64,000 nucleotides of DNA from the IMG/VR virus record IMGVR_UViG_3300028284_000001; one strand, written 5' to 3'. Of this stretch, positions 1-8,551 are shown piece after piece (the first letter of the stretch is position 1; the number at the start of each line of letters is the position of its first letter). The stretch is from a virus. Below the pieces are notes generated by a model, which saw only the letters and a list, made by a program, of their open reading frames with translations, ran no database searches and had not been told where the DNA came from. Made by a program: the position numbers and the translations under genes.

Positions 1-733
1 TCTCTTTAGTTTCTTTATTAAATCTTTCTAATACAAATGTTTGTAATGTTTTTCCATCATGTATATTAATAATAAATCCTGCAACTTCTTTAGAAAGATC
101 GTTCATTAAAGTAGATTGCTTTAAGTTCTCATTAAAGATTCCATAAACACTTCTTGTAAAATTAGGTCTATCTTTATTTTCATACTTATCCGTATATTCA
201 TTAATACTAGTAGATAACATTTCTTTAAGACCGTCCTTTTGACCTGAATGTAAAAAGCCTTCAAAAATAACTGGAGGTCTTTGTACTTCTAAAAGATCTG
301 CCCATTTATTTAATATTTTAGTATCTCTAATTACTTTTCTAACTTTATTAGGATTAGATGGTTGTAATACTTGGATATGTGTTAACACTAAATTAGATTT
401 AGGTAGTACATCATATTCAATATCAATAGTTTTGTTATCTCCTAAATATTCAAAACCAAACTTCCAATCAAATGGCATTTCTTCTACAGAATCAGAAGCA
501 ACTGTTTTAAAGTGTCTAATTGCATTTTCGTAGTATCTTACAATAGTACGATCTACTACATTCATCTTATCTTTAGAACCTGATTTATAGAATGCAAATT
601 CAGAACCTTCTCTTTTAGCGTGAAAAGATGAACCATCAATTTTTTCTGTTACAACACATTTGTTTGATAACAGTTTATCAATGTCATTAATATTAGATCC
701 TTCAAAATATGTTTTTAAATTCTGTAGTGCCAT
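1..733 (-). CDS. RNA-ligase-like nucleotidyltransferase (Rnl2/ATP-dependent ligase fold), runs off the window edge
   Basis: Not in ORF track; my translation from ATG at 733 gives MALQNLKTYFEG...CVVTEKIDGSSFH...KFGFEY, with ligase motif I KxDG. ATG overlaps the TAA of the upstream gene. Confidence 0.7.
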   Translation of the reverse strand, partial: MALQNLKTYFEGSNINDIDKLLSNKCVVTEKIDGSSFHAKREGSEFAFYKSGSKDKMNVVDRTIVRYYENAIRHFKTVASDSVEEMPFDWKFGFEYLGDNKTIDIEYDVLPKSNLVLTHIQVLQPSNPNKVRKVIRDTKILNKWADLLEVQRPPVIFEGFLHSGQKDGLKEMLSTSINEYTDKYENKDRPNFTRSVYGIFNENLKQSTLMNDLSKEVAGFIINIHDGKTLQTFVLERFNKETKE

Positions 734-2004
734 TATCTTCCGTATTTTATGATACCCATTAGCTGGTTAATCGCAGCAAAAGTACCGGTTAGTTTAAAGG
801 TTTTTCCTTTAAATTTAAAGACCACTCCTTCTGTTGGGATGATCGACTCAATACCACCAATTCCCTCTAGTCTTTTTAGTTCTTTTTCAACCTTTGCAAT
901 TTGAGTAAGGTCGCCATTCTTTTTAATCTTGCCAGCTTCAGTTCTAATCTGATTATGTAATCTTGCTTTTTCAGCATCTGGATTAGCAGCTACAAAATTA
1001 GAAGCGTTCTTTAAAACATCTGCACCTAACTCTAAAAATAGATTCTCAAAAGGTAAAATGTTTTCTTTATACTTCTTATTTCTTTGACCATCAAAATCTT
1101 TAACAGCCTTATTTTGTTCCGGTGTTAATTCCTTCTTTAATGCAGTTAACTTAAGCGTCTGCTTATCTAAGTAAGCCCATCTTAAAAGTAAACCCTCTTT
1201 GTGTGCAGGTTCTAAGTCTGCAAAGTTCTCTTCGATTTGGCCTCTCCACCACATCTCGTGATACATTTTAACCTCATCAGTATCTGATAGACTATAAGTA
1301 TCTCTTAGTTTATTTATCGCCTTTTCGTAATAGCCTACTCTATCATCAAAGTTAATGTCTTTTCCTAACTTTAAAATTTGAGGGGGAATTATTGTAAACG
1401 TCTTTTGAACATCTGACTTTAATTCTTTAAGAGCTTTAACTAGTTCTGTAGCAATATTTTGTTTTCCAGTTTGATTACCTTCACCATCAGTCTCTACAAT
1501 ACCATGAAATTGTATAACATCTCTGTCATAATAGATAACATTAGGGTTTTTAGAGTAAATTAGTTCCATGTTAACGAAATTTAATCCGTTCGCGAACATT
1601 GATTGGTCCTTAAGCGCTGGGAGCGCCGCTGCTAGATCTTTAGCAGCAAAGATATATGTTTCTTCAACCAGCTGTGAGGCATGACCAGTGAACATCGTAA
1701 TGATGCCTGCTAGATCAAGTGGGTTTATCATTTGCCCCTTATTTCTGGCAAACATTGCTTGACCATCTTTTACAGTTGCAAATAGGTTTTGACCATCAGT
1801 CTTTTCAGTTGCAGCCTCTTCGAAATCTAGTCCACCCTGTAATGAAGATTTAACAATAGTCTTGAAATCTGCAAAAGTTAATGAGTGGTCATCGAAGGGG
1901 TGCATCATGTGTCCTGCTGCTCCACCTTCAAATACGAAAGAGTCCAAGTTGTTCACTTGGATTTTCTCGTTTAAAAATTCTGTAAAATTAGTGTATATCT
2001 TCAT
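733..2004 (-). CDS. Ligase-fold nucleotidyltransferase (DUF6267-like) with putative capsid-targeting leader
   Basis: GGAAGHMMHPFD, TEKTDGQN (motif I) and C-terminal EGVVFK...FKLTG (motifs IV/V); leader MKIYTNFTEFLNE. Confidence 0.65.
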   Translation of the reverse strand: MKIYTNFTEFLNEKIQVNNLDSFVFEGGAAGHMMHPFDDHSLTFADFKTIVKSSLQGGLDFEEAATEKTDGQNLFATVKDGQAMFARNKGQMINPLDLAGIITMFTGHASQLVEETYIFAAKDLAAALPALKDQSMFANGLNFVNMELIYSKNPNVIYYDRDVIQFHGIVETDGEGNQTGKQNIATELVKALKELKSDVQKTFTIIPPQILKLGKDINFDDRVGYYEKAINKLRDTYSLSDTDEVKMYHEMWWRGQIEENFADLEPAHKEGLLLRWAYLDKQTLKLTALKKELTPEQNKAVKDFDGQRNKKYKENILPFENLFLELGADVLKNASNFVAANPDAEKARLHNQIRTEAGKIKKNGDLTQIAKVEKELKRLEGIGGIESIIPTEGVVFKFKGKTFKLTGTFAAINQLMGIIKYGR

Positions 2005-2024
2005 AAGAAGTTTTTAGATTTATT

Positions 2025-3458
2025 TTATCCTAATGATGCTGTTAATGCACCGACAGCAGCTCCGTAATCGTCACCGTGCTTAGACAATAATCCGTCTACA
2101 ACTTCTTGTGCTTTTTCTTCGTCAAATTTATCACCGAAAGCTTTTCCTAAAACTGAGAAGGCATACTCTTTAAAATCTTCATCAGACTTTACTTCTGCTT
2201 CGTTAGTAGCTTCAGTTTCAGTTTCTTCAGTTGTAGCTTCAGTTTCAGTTTCTTCAGTTGTAGCTTCAGTTTCAGTTTCTTCAGCACCTTCTTCTACAAC
2301 TTCTTCTTCTTTAATAACTGGAAAGTTCTTACCATTAAATTCAAATTCTGCAGCATCTTCTTCAATTGCTTTAGCTCTTGCTGCTAAAAATGCATTGCCT
2401 TCGTTCATTACTGACTCGTTAGCCCATATTAATTCAAATGCATCTACTATTTTTTGTGCTTGTTGAGAATAACCAAATCCATCTAAGAATAAAGCCATAC
2501 CTTCAACAATACCGATACCAGACCATCCTGCAGCGTTAGCTAATCCAGAATAATGATTATCTAATAAACTCATGATTGATTTTTTACCAACTGGAACTTC
2601 TAAACCACCTAGGTTATCGATCTTTACTGAAACAGTAGTAATCTTACCACCAAGTGCTTTACTTACTGGATCTTTATATGAATGGAAGTTAGCGTCTGTT
2701 AAAGATTCTGATAATAAATATCTACAAACTCCTAATAAGAGCTGACCGTCCATTAATGCAGTGTGATTCGTAAAGAATGATTCTAACCATTTAGATACTT
2801 TCTTAGCATCTCTTAAATTACCCTTAGAAGGTTTAAATGATTCATTGATTATCATAGATTCAAATGCTGGGACTAAATCGTAACTATCATAAACATCAAC
2901 CATATACCATTTCTTATCTGTTTCAGAATATAGGTAGATAAATTCAGCTCCACCGTTATTAGCGGCATCTTTTACGAACTTCTCAGTATCTTTCATATCT
3001 CCGTCAGTAGTGGTCTTGTCGCCGTAGAATTTAATATCGTCTACATTTGCTTCTAGACCTGAACCACCCCCTTTCTTCAGTAGAGTGTCTACTGCCTTTC
3101 CATCTTTGTAACCCTTTTTAATTGTAGGTAACATGTGGTCTGGGTAACCATCATAGTGCATATACACTGTTGAGATTTTTCCGTTCTTTTTGATTTTACC
3201 GATTTGTGATCTTGTACCCTCTTCAATGATCGCTATTGATTCTGATATTTCAGAACTACCTAACTTTTGATAGAATGTATGTCTGTCTTCTTCTTTAAGT
3301 TCTTTAATAGAAGTTACTCCGAACTCTCCAAGTAGATTTTTAAACTGATCTGCAGCTACATTTCTTGCAGCTGATTGTTCTTCTTCTAATTTAGCGTTAG
3401 CTAGCTTTTTAGCACCATGTGCAAAATCTTCAAAAGATTGTAATTTTAATGATCCCAT
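2025..3458 (-). CDS. Multi-domain putative internal head polyprotein
   Basis: Domains GTRSQIG..YMHYDGYP, GNAFLAARAKA..FEFNGK and others separated by IIEE / IINE / VMNE / TNE; late motif upstream at 3493-3501. Confidence 0.6.
   Translation of the reverse strand: MGSLKLQSFEDFAHGAKKLANAKLEEEQSAARNVAADQFKNLLGEFGVTSIKELKEEDRHTFYQKLGSSEISESIAIIEEGTRSQIGKIKKNGKISTVYMHYDGYPDHMLPTIKKGYKDGKAVDTLLKKGGGSGLEANVDDIKFYGDKTTTDGDMKDTEKFVKDAANNGGAEFIYLYSETDKKWYMVDVYDSYDLVPAFESMIINESFKPSKGNLRDAKKVSKWLESFFTNHTALMDGQLLLGVCRYLLSESLTDANFHSYKDPVSKALGGKITTVSVKIDNLGGLEVPVGKKSIMSLLDNHYSGLANAAGWSGIGIVEGMALFLDGFGYSQQAQKIVDAFELIWANESVMNEGNAFLAARAKAIEEDAAEFEFNGKNFPVIKEEEVVEEGAEETETEATTEETETEATTEETETEATNEAEVKSDEDFKEYAFSVLGKAFGDKFDEEKAQEVVDGLLSKHGDDYGAAVGALTASLG
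2206..2284 (-). repeat. 27-bp coding tandem repeat, ~3 copies (TEETETEAT)
   Basis: gtagcttcagtttcagtttcttcagtt units start at 2206, 2233 and 2260. Confidence 0.9.
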
Positions 3459-3492
3459 GTGAATAATTTTATTTTATTATTTTAGTATTGTA

Positions 3493-3501
3493 TTATATAT
3501 C
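3493..3501 (-). promoter_or_regulatory. Late-type promoter GATATATAA
   Basis: Motif recurs upstream of more than 10 virion-type genes in the window. Confidence 0.65.
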
Positions 3502-5001
3502 CCCTTCAAATGTCACATTTTTTACTTCAAAAGGAAACTTCTGTTCTCTGTAGATCTTCTGCCTAGCTTTTGAATGTCTAATTAGATAATTATCCCAATC
3601 TGGAGATGACAAATCATCGACAAAATCTATAATGTTTACGTCTGTTTTTGATTTATGTTTTCTTAATCCTCTACCTATAGATTGTCTAATAATCACTTCT
3701 GATTTAAACGATTCAGTAAAGAATATGTTATGTATTTTATTAATTGATATACCAGTAGAAAATGTACCATAGGATGCTACGATTACAACTTCAGCCCCTG
3801 TTTCCATTTTCTTTTTATACTCTTCTCGAATATCTTTATCTGTATTACCATCTACATAGTAAACGTTTTTATCAGAATCTTGGCGAAGCTTTTCATATAT
3901 TCTTTTACCGTGTTCAATACGATGGAATAATACAAGACTATTACCGCGTACTCTGGAAATAATGTTTGTAATGAAAGCGAGCCTACCTGTTGACTGTATA
4001 ACATAATTGCTTTCAAATTTATAGACGTCTTTGCTTTCATACCTGTTTTGTGACATCTCCCTAAATGCGTTTTTTGTTGAGTCGGGAGCGTAATCCATTT
4101 TTATTACTTTTACTTTACAGCCGGCAATATGCCCCTCACCCTGTAAAAAGCTTGCACTAACTTCTGTAATTACAGGACCTGTATATGCCATTAAAGTCAA
4201 TCTATCTAAAGTACCTTCTTTTGGAATTGTACCTGACATACCGAATCTATAATTAGCAGCTGTACATTTTTGTAAAATAGTTTTGATCGATTGTGATTTA
4301 GCTTTATGTGTCTCGTCAATAAGTACTGCATCAAATTGATTAAAGTATTCTTTATCTTTTTTAACCAGCGATTGGTATGTACCAATTACCACGTTTCTTC
4401 CTGGTCTAATTTTTTGACCAGAATAAATTTGCTGTACTTTAATACTAGCTTGGTTTCTCCAGTTATAGTCTTGGAAATCTTCAGATCCTTGTACGACAAG
4501 TGAGACATTAGGTACAATCATTAGAACTCTACCTGCTTTTTGCTTTTCTAGTAGATATGAAATTACCATAAACGAAATAAGTGTTTTACCGGCAGAGGTA
4601 GCTAACTCACTTAAGCAATTTCTAAATTTAAGTATATTGTAAGCTGCTTCGATTTGATAATCCCTAGGTTGCATCTCTGATCCATCAAAGAAGTCCATTG
4701 CCCATTCCTCAAAGTCTGCTGCTTTTATATTAGTATCAAAAAGTCTTGTGATGCCATTTAGTTTAAGCTCGTATTTATACTGCTTACACATGTTCATCAC
4801 CTCTCTCCATAGTCCAGATGGAATCCATTTATCATCTTTGATATATGAAATATAACCATCCCATAAACCTTTTTTTACTAAAGGGTGAAATCGCCAAGAA
4901 TCAATACGCCTGTTTAATGTAATATTGAGTTGTTCAATTTCCATTTCAGTCGCAGAGTCTACTCGCAGGAACTGCTTATTATCTGTTAACGTTAAGTCCA
5001 T
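3493..5001 (-). CDS. uvsW: UvsW-like SF2 DNA helicase
   Basis: PRDYQ Q-motif, ATSAGKT Walker A, DETH, GMSGT, QSIGRGLR; T4-like context next to UvsY and primase. Confidence 0.92.
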   Translation of the reverse strand: MDLTLTDNKQFLRVDSATEMEIEQLNITLNRRIDSWRFHPLVKKGLWDGYISYIKDDKWIPSGLWREVMNMCKQYKYELKLNGITRLFDTNIKAADFEEWAMDFFDGSEMQPRDYQIEAAYNILKFRNCLSELATSAGKTLISFMVISYLLEKQKAGRVLMIVPNVSLVVQGSEDFQDYNWRNQASIKVQQIYSGQKIRPGRNVVIGTYQSLVKKDKEYFNQFDAVLIDETHKAKSQSIKTILQKCTAANYRFGMSGTIPKEGTLDRLTLMAYTGPVITEVSASFLQGEGHIAGCKVKVIKMDYAPDSTKNAFREMSQNRYESKDVYKFESNYVIQSTGRLAFITNIISRVRGNSLVLFHRIEHGKRIYEKLRQDSDKNVYYVDGNTDKDIREEYKKKMETGAEVVIVASYGTFSTGISINKIHNIFFTESFKSEVIIRQSIGRGLRKHKSKTDVNIIDFVDDLSSPDWDNYLIRHSKARQKIYREQKFPFEVKNVTFEGDI

Positions 5002-5007
5002 TAATTA

Positions 5008-5430
5008 TTATAGATCTTTTAGAGCCAATCTATTTCTAATAGCAAAGCCCATATTATCTAGTGTTTTTACAGAATCTCTTAGCCAATCCATTTGATTTTC
5101 TAAATGTGATAAAATCATATTATCATCTGCCAAGTCATTCTCTAAGAATTTCTCTTTCTGCTTTTCACCTAGTTTATAGTCATAATTATAGTATCTAATA
5201 TATGCCTCTCTATATCTTGCAGCAATAGTTTTCTTTTGTTGTTTAATTTTGACATTTATATATGCCATTTGATCTACGAGGGTTTGTCTAGAAGATAACA
5301 CATCAGCAATAGTAATCTCCATTGTATTAATGTTACGAAGACTTTGTGCAAGGTTTCTAATCGTGACTGACCATTCGTTTCTCTGTGCACTTAATTTTTG
5401 ATCTAGTGCTAATATCTTTTCGTTACTCAT
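5008..5430 (-). CDS. uvsY: UvsY-like recombination mediator (start revised to MSNEK at 5430)
   Basis: ~140 aa helical protein ending ..DSVKTLDNMGFAIRNRL, like the UvsY C-terminus; immediately upstream of uvsW. Confidence 0.7.
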   Translation of the reverse strand: MSNEKILALDQKLSAQRNEWSVTIRNLAQSLRNINTMEITIADVLSSRQTLVDQMAYINVKIKQQKKTIAARYREAYIRYYNYDYKLGEKQKEKFLENDLADDNMILSHLENQMDWLRDSVKTLDNMGFAIRNRLALKDL

Positions 5431-5434
5431 ATAT

Positions 5435-5464
5435 GTTATATTAAAATAGTGACGGTTTGTTCCT
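5435..5464 (-). promoter_or_regulatory. Middle-type promoter AGGAAC-N18-TATAAC
   Basis: Matches the recurring AAC-N17/18-TATAA motif upstream of replication and metabolism genes. Confidence 0.5.
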
Positions 5465-5650
5465 ATCTGGTTTAATAAACTTTGCAGCCTTTTGGCGCTT
5501 CTTAAGTTTAGGTTTGCTAAATTCCATGTTTGGATTTTCAGCTTTAAACTCAGGCATCTCAAAGTCAATAAGCATCCTCATTTTCTTAAACCGATCGCTA
5601 TCGTTAAAAAAGTCCTCTATCGTTTCTTCCATTTCTTCTATACGTACCAT
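5441..5650 (-). CDS. Small hypothetical protein
   Basis: Fills the gap between primase and uvsY on the coding strand. Confidence 0.6.
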   Translation of the reverse strand: MVRIEEMEETIEDFFNDSDRFKKMRMLIDFEMPEFKAENPNMEFSKPKLKKRQKAAKFIKPDRNKPSLF

Positions 5651-6717
5651 AAGTCTAAATCGCTTGATGTGAAATATTCATCTATTTGTTTCCATGCATT
5701 AGATTTATTATCAAAACACACTTTAACCAAATCGTTTAGATCTTTGATATTATATGTATCTAGCTTAAAATCTGTTAGAAATTTAGACCACATAAATACT
5801 GGTCTTCCTTTCTTTAATTTCTCTGCCATCTTCTTTTTACCTGTTGCATCATTATCAAACATATATCTGACTGTTGCCATTTCGTCAAATTCTTCTGTAG
5901 ATCTACCTGCAGTTGCAAGGGCAATAGAGTTATGCATAAACTTCGCATCAATTGGTCCTTCAAACAGAGTTACTGGCTGTTGGAAATTAACCTGCATAAT
6001 TCCAAAAAGTGTTGAAGCCTTTGCAATCTTAGTTAATGCAATTGGTTCTATTTCTAAAGGTTTCTTCCACTCTTCATATATTTTTGGTAGGTCATAAGTA
6101 AGATACCTAGACCCATAGCCTTTCATTCTTCTGGATTGCGCGCCGATAATTTTACCTTCTAGTCCCTTGTTTAAAATCCAAAGGCGATTACCTTTTGGGG
6201 AAAAAAGAAACTCATTAGCTTTGTTATGTAATAGCCTCTCTTTTAATTGAAACCAAATCCAGTCTCCAGGCTCTATTTCTTTAGCGCCAAATACTTGTTT
6301 AAACTCATCTACTGTCAATGCCAATTCTTGGACGCTTGCAAGTGACGCATTTTGTAATACCTGTTCTTGACTTACCTGCTGCTTATTCTCTTTAATATAG
6401 TCTATAATAGTAAAGGAGTCTCCAGTGTTAGGCATTCTTACCTCATGGTCTTTTAATATACCATAAAGATTAGTGTGGTGTGAGCAGTTATAGCAATGAT
6501 ACTGTAAAGTGTCCCAATACATATTGCCACGCTTCTTAGTGTCGTCATCGCTTGAATCACCACAATAAGGACATGCCAGGGTTATTCGCCCTGGCATGTC
6601 TTTAAGCAATTGCTTGTTAGGAGTAGAATGATGTTCTACACAAACTTGTTTGAGTGCTTTTTTTATTCTACCTTTAAGCTCTTCAGTAAGTTTTATATTA
6701 GATGTTGAGTTCATCAA
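5638..6717 (-). CDS. gp61: DNA primase (T4 gp61-like)
   Basis: Zn ribbon CPYCGDS...YHCYNC; TOPRIM motifs FEGPIDA and FDND. Confidence 0.9.
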   Translation of the reverse strand: MMNSTSNIKLTEELKGRIKKALKQVCVEHHSTPNKQLLKDMPGRITLACPYCGDSSDDDTKKRGNMYWDTLQYHCYNCSHHTNLYGILKDHEVRMPNTGDSFTIIDYIKENKQQVSQEQVLQNASLASVQELALTVDEFKQVFGAKEIEPGDWIWFQLKERLLHNKANEFLFSPKGNRLWILNKGLEGKIIGAQSRRMKGYGSRYLTYDLPKIYEEWKKPLEIEPIALTKIAKASTLFGIMQVNFQQPVTLFEGPIDAKFMHNSIALATAGRSTEEFDEMATVRYMFDNDATGKKKMAEKLKKGRPVFMWSKFLTDFKLDTYNIKDLNDLVKVCFDNKSNAWKQIDEYFTSSDLDLWYV

Positions 6718-7618
6718 GGAAAGAATCTAAATCATCATCTGTAGTTACCTTATTCTCTGTTGTTGAAGCTTCAGCTTTCGTTGGAGCTGCACTACCTGCT
6801 GTTGCAGTTACTGCTGCCTTTGGTGCTGGAGCTGCTTTTGGTGTGCCAGTTACTGCTGCAATGTCGTCACCTGGATTAAGATACATTCTTAACACATTGT
6901 TTACGAAAGCTCTTGTGTCTTCGTCCCACGCTTTGTAGTCATATTGTGCTAATGATGGTGCATTTTCTAATTCCTCTTTGATAGAAGCCATAGTCTCTTT
7001 GTTTCTTTCTGCTGGAGCTTCGCCCATTAAGATAGCAGATTTATTAGAAGAGAATTTAGATTTATCGTAGTTGTTATATTCACCTTGTCTTGTAATTACA
7101 AGCTCGAAGTTCTTACCTTCGAATAGGTCGAATACTTGTGTTGGCTCGCCAAAGTCTGGCTTCAACTCAGAATCAATCTTTTCTTTAATCTTATATCCAA
7201 ACTTAAATACTTTGTAAGTACCTTCCATTTCTGGATTTTGTGGATCTTTAATAATCTTGATTAAAGAATAATACTGTTGACGTCTCTTCAATTTCTCAGA
7301 AGATTTTCTGTCTACAGCAGAATCTGATTTTCTCAACTTCCAGAATACATCTGCAATAGGGCAGTGTTCTCCAATAGTTTGAGGTGAGTCTACTAGTTTA
7401 CCATCTCCAGAAGAGTTAGTTAACCAGTGTACGTATTTTTGAACCAAAGATTTTCTTGGGTTCTCTGGATTAGGTACAAAACGAATTAATGCTTTGTAAG
7501 TTCCGTCCTTGCCGTCGTCGGCAGTTGGTTTGTAAACTTCGTTTGTTGAAGTTCTTTCAGGCTGGTGTGTTTCCACATCTTCCACGCCTAAATTAAAAAT
7601 GTCGAATGAGTCGCTCAT
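6698..7618 (-). CDS. gp32: Single-stranded DNA-binding protein (T4 gp32-like)
   Basis: ALIRFVP, CPI, VFKFGYKIKEKI, FDLFEGKNF, NYDKSKF and acidic tail DDDLDSFLDEL. Confidence 0.9.
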   Translation of the reverse strand: MSDSFDIFNLGVEDVETHQPERTSTNEVYKPTADDGKDGTYKALIRFVPNPENPRKSLVQKYVHWLTNSSGDGKLVDSPQTIGEHCPIADVFWKLRKSDSAVDRKSSEKLKRRQQYYSLIKIIKDPQNPEMEGTYKVFKFGYKIKEKIDSELKPDFGEPTQVFDLFEGKNFELVITRQGEYNNYDKSKFSSNKSAILMGEAPAERNKETMASIKEELENAPSLAQYDYKAWDEDTRAFVNNVLRMYLNPGDDIAAVTGTPKAAPAPKAAVTATAGSAAPTKAEASTTENKVTTDDDLDSFLDELNI

Positions 7619-7677
7619 AATTTTCTTTTAGTTGTTTAATTGTTTAATAATGAAATACTTTAATTGTCTTTCAGTTC

Positions 7678-7707
7678 CTTATAGTTGTACAATATACAAT
7701 AGTTTCA
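7678..7707 (-). promoter_or_regulatory. Middle-type promoter TGAAAC-N18-TATAAG upstream of gp32
   Basis: Recurring bipartite motif. Confidence 0.6.
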
Positions 7708-7875
7708 ATTAAATGTTAAGATTGCTCCAGATGGCTCCTTCCATTCCCCGTCCTTTAGCTTAATCAGCCCTGATTTGTGTAGTAACTCTGATGCTTCCTT
7801 TTCAGTAAGCTGGTTCGCTGCCACCATTTTTTGTAGGATCGTATTGAGGCGAAGGTAATCTATAGTAATCAACAT
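7705..7875 (-). CDS. Small hypothetical protein (start revised to MLITIDY)
   Basis: The longer ORF start at 7923 lies inside a promoter motif (7904-7932). Confidence 0.5.
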   Translation of the reverse strand: MLITIDYLRLNTILQKMVAANQLTEKEASELLHKSGLIKLKDGEWKEPSGAILTFN

Positions 7876-7903
7876 ATCAATTAATACTTTGTTTATTATA
7901 CTT

Positions 7904-7932
7904 ATTATATATCTGAATTTCATTTTGTTTCT
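7904..7932 (-). promoter_or_regulatory. Overlapping middle-type (AGAAAC-N17-TATAAT) and late-type (GATATATAA) motifs
   Basis: Both motifs read directly from the sequence. Confidence 0.5.
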
Positions 7933-7940
7933 AGATTATA

Positions 7941-8024
7941 TGTTAATAACTTTGTTTCAAAATAGTTGCCGAAATATTTTTTTATGTCAATTATTATTCG
8001 TATATTAGTACTGTAATTAAAAAC
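7941..8024 (+). promoter_or_regulatory. Early promoter cassette, copy 1
   Basis: TGTTAATAACTTTG...TTTTTTATGTCA-N7-TTCGTATATTAGTACTGTAATTAAAAAC; core repeated at 39329-39375 and 63739-63819. Confidence 0.85.
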
Positions 8025-8032
8025 TAATAAAC

Positions 8033-8365
8033 ATGAGTAATCCACACTACGAACACCAATTAAAATTAGACGCTATGAAGAAACATACTAAATTATCGTC
8101 GAGAAACAAAACCCTTCTTTTGATGGGGGCTAAGGCTACTGGAAGCTTTCTAGAAGGTTATTATTATATAGAGGAAAGTTTATACATCGATGAGGCTAAC
8201 TCGCTCCATTCGTTCTGTACATGGATTGATGACATCATCGGTGGCGCAGGTCCAGTTAATATTGATATGTTATGGCTAGGGTTTAAATACCCTGAAGTAG
8301 ACAGATACTCTAGAGCATGTGTAGATATTAAGAAACAAATGGATGAAATTAAAGCTTACTGTTAA
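8033..8365 (+). CDS. Hypothetical early protein (counter-oriented, own promoter)
   Basis: 110 aa ORF directly downstream of the conserved cassette in an otherwise empty gap. Confidence 0.8.
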   Translation: MSNPHYEHQLKLDAMKKHTKLSSRNKTLLLMGAKATGSFLEGYYYIEESLYIDEANSLHSFCTWIDDIIGGAGPVNIDMLWLGFKYPEVDRYSRACVDIKKQMDEIKAYC

Positions 8366-8423
8366 CCAGAATATGGCTTTTCTTAGTTAATTAAAAAAAG
8401 ATTGTAGATTTGTTGAACCTTTT

Positions 8424-8453
8424 TGAAACCTTTTCTGGGAACTAGCATATAAG
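8424..8453 (+). promoter_or_regulatory. Orphan middle-type promoter TGAAAC-N18-TATAAG
   Basis: Same hexamers and spacing as the gp32 promoter but with no sizeable ORF downstream. Confidence 0.5.
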
Positions 8454-8551
8454 TAATGTCTTTAAGCCAAAGCCAGATAAGGTTCTGGAAGTAAGCTTTA
8501 AGTCTGTAAGCAGAGACAAGTATCAGTTAAGGGCTTGAAGCAGAGACTTGG

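Noticed and set aside
8366-8551. tRNA or CRISPR mini-array in the intergenic gap
   Set aside because: No cloverleaf or T-loop consensus on either strand; only two 10-bp repeats 30 bp apart, too short for a CRISPR.
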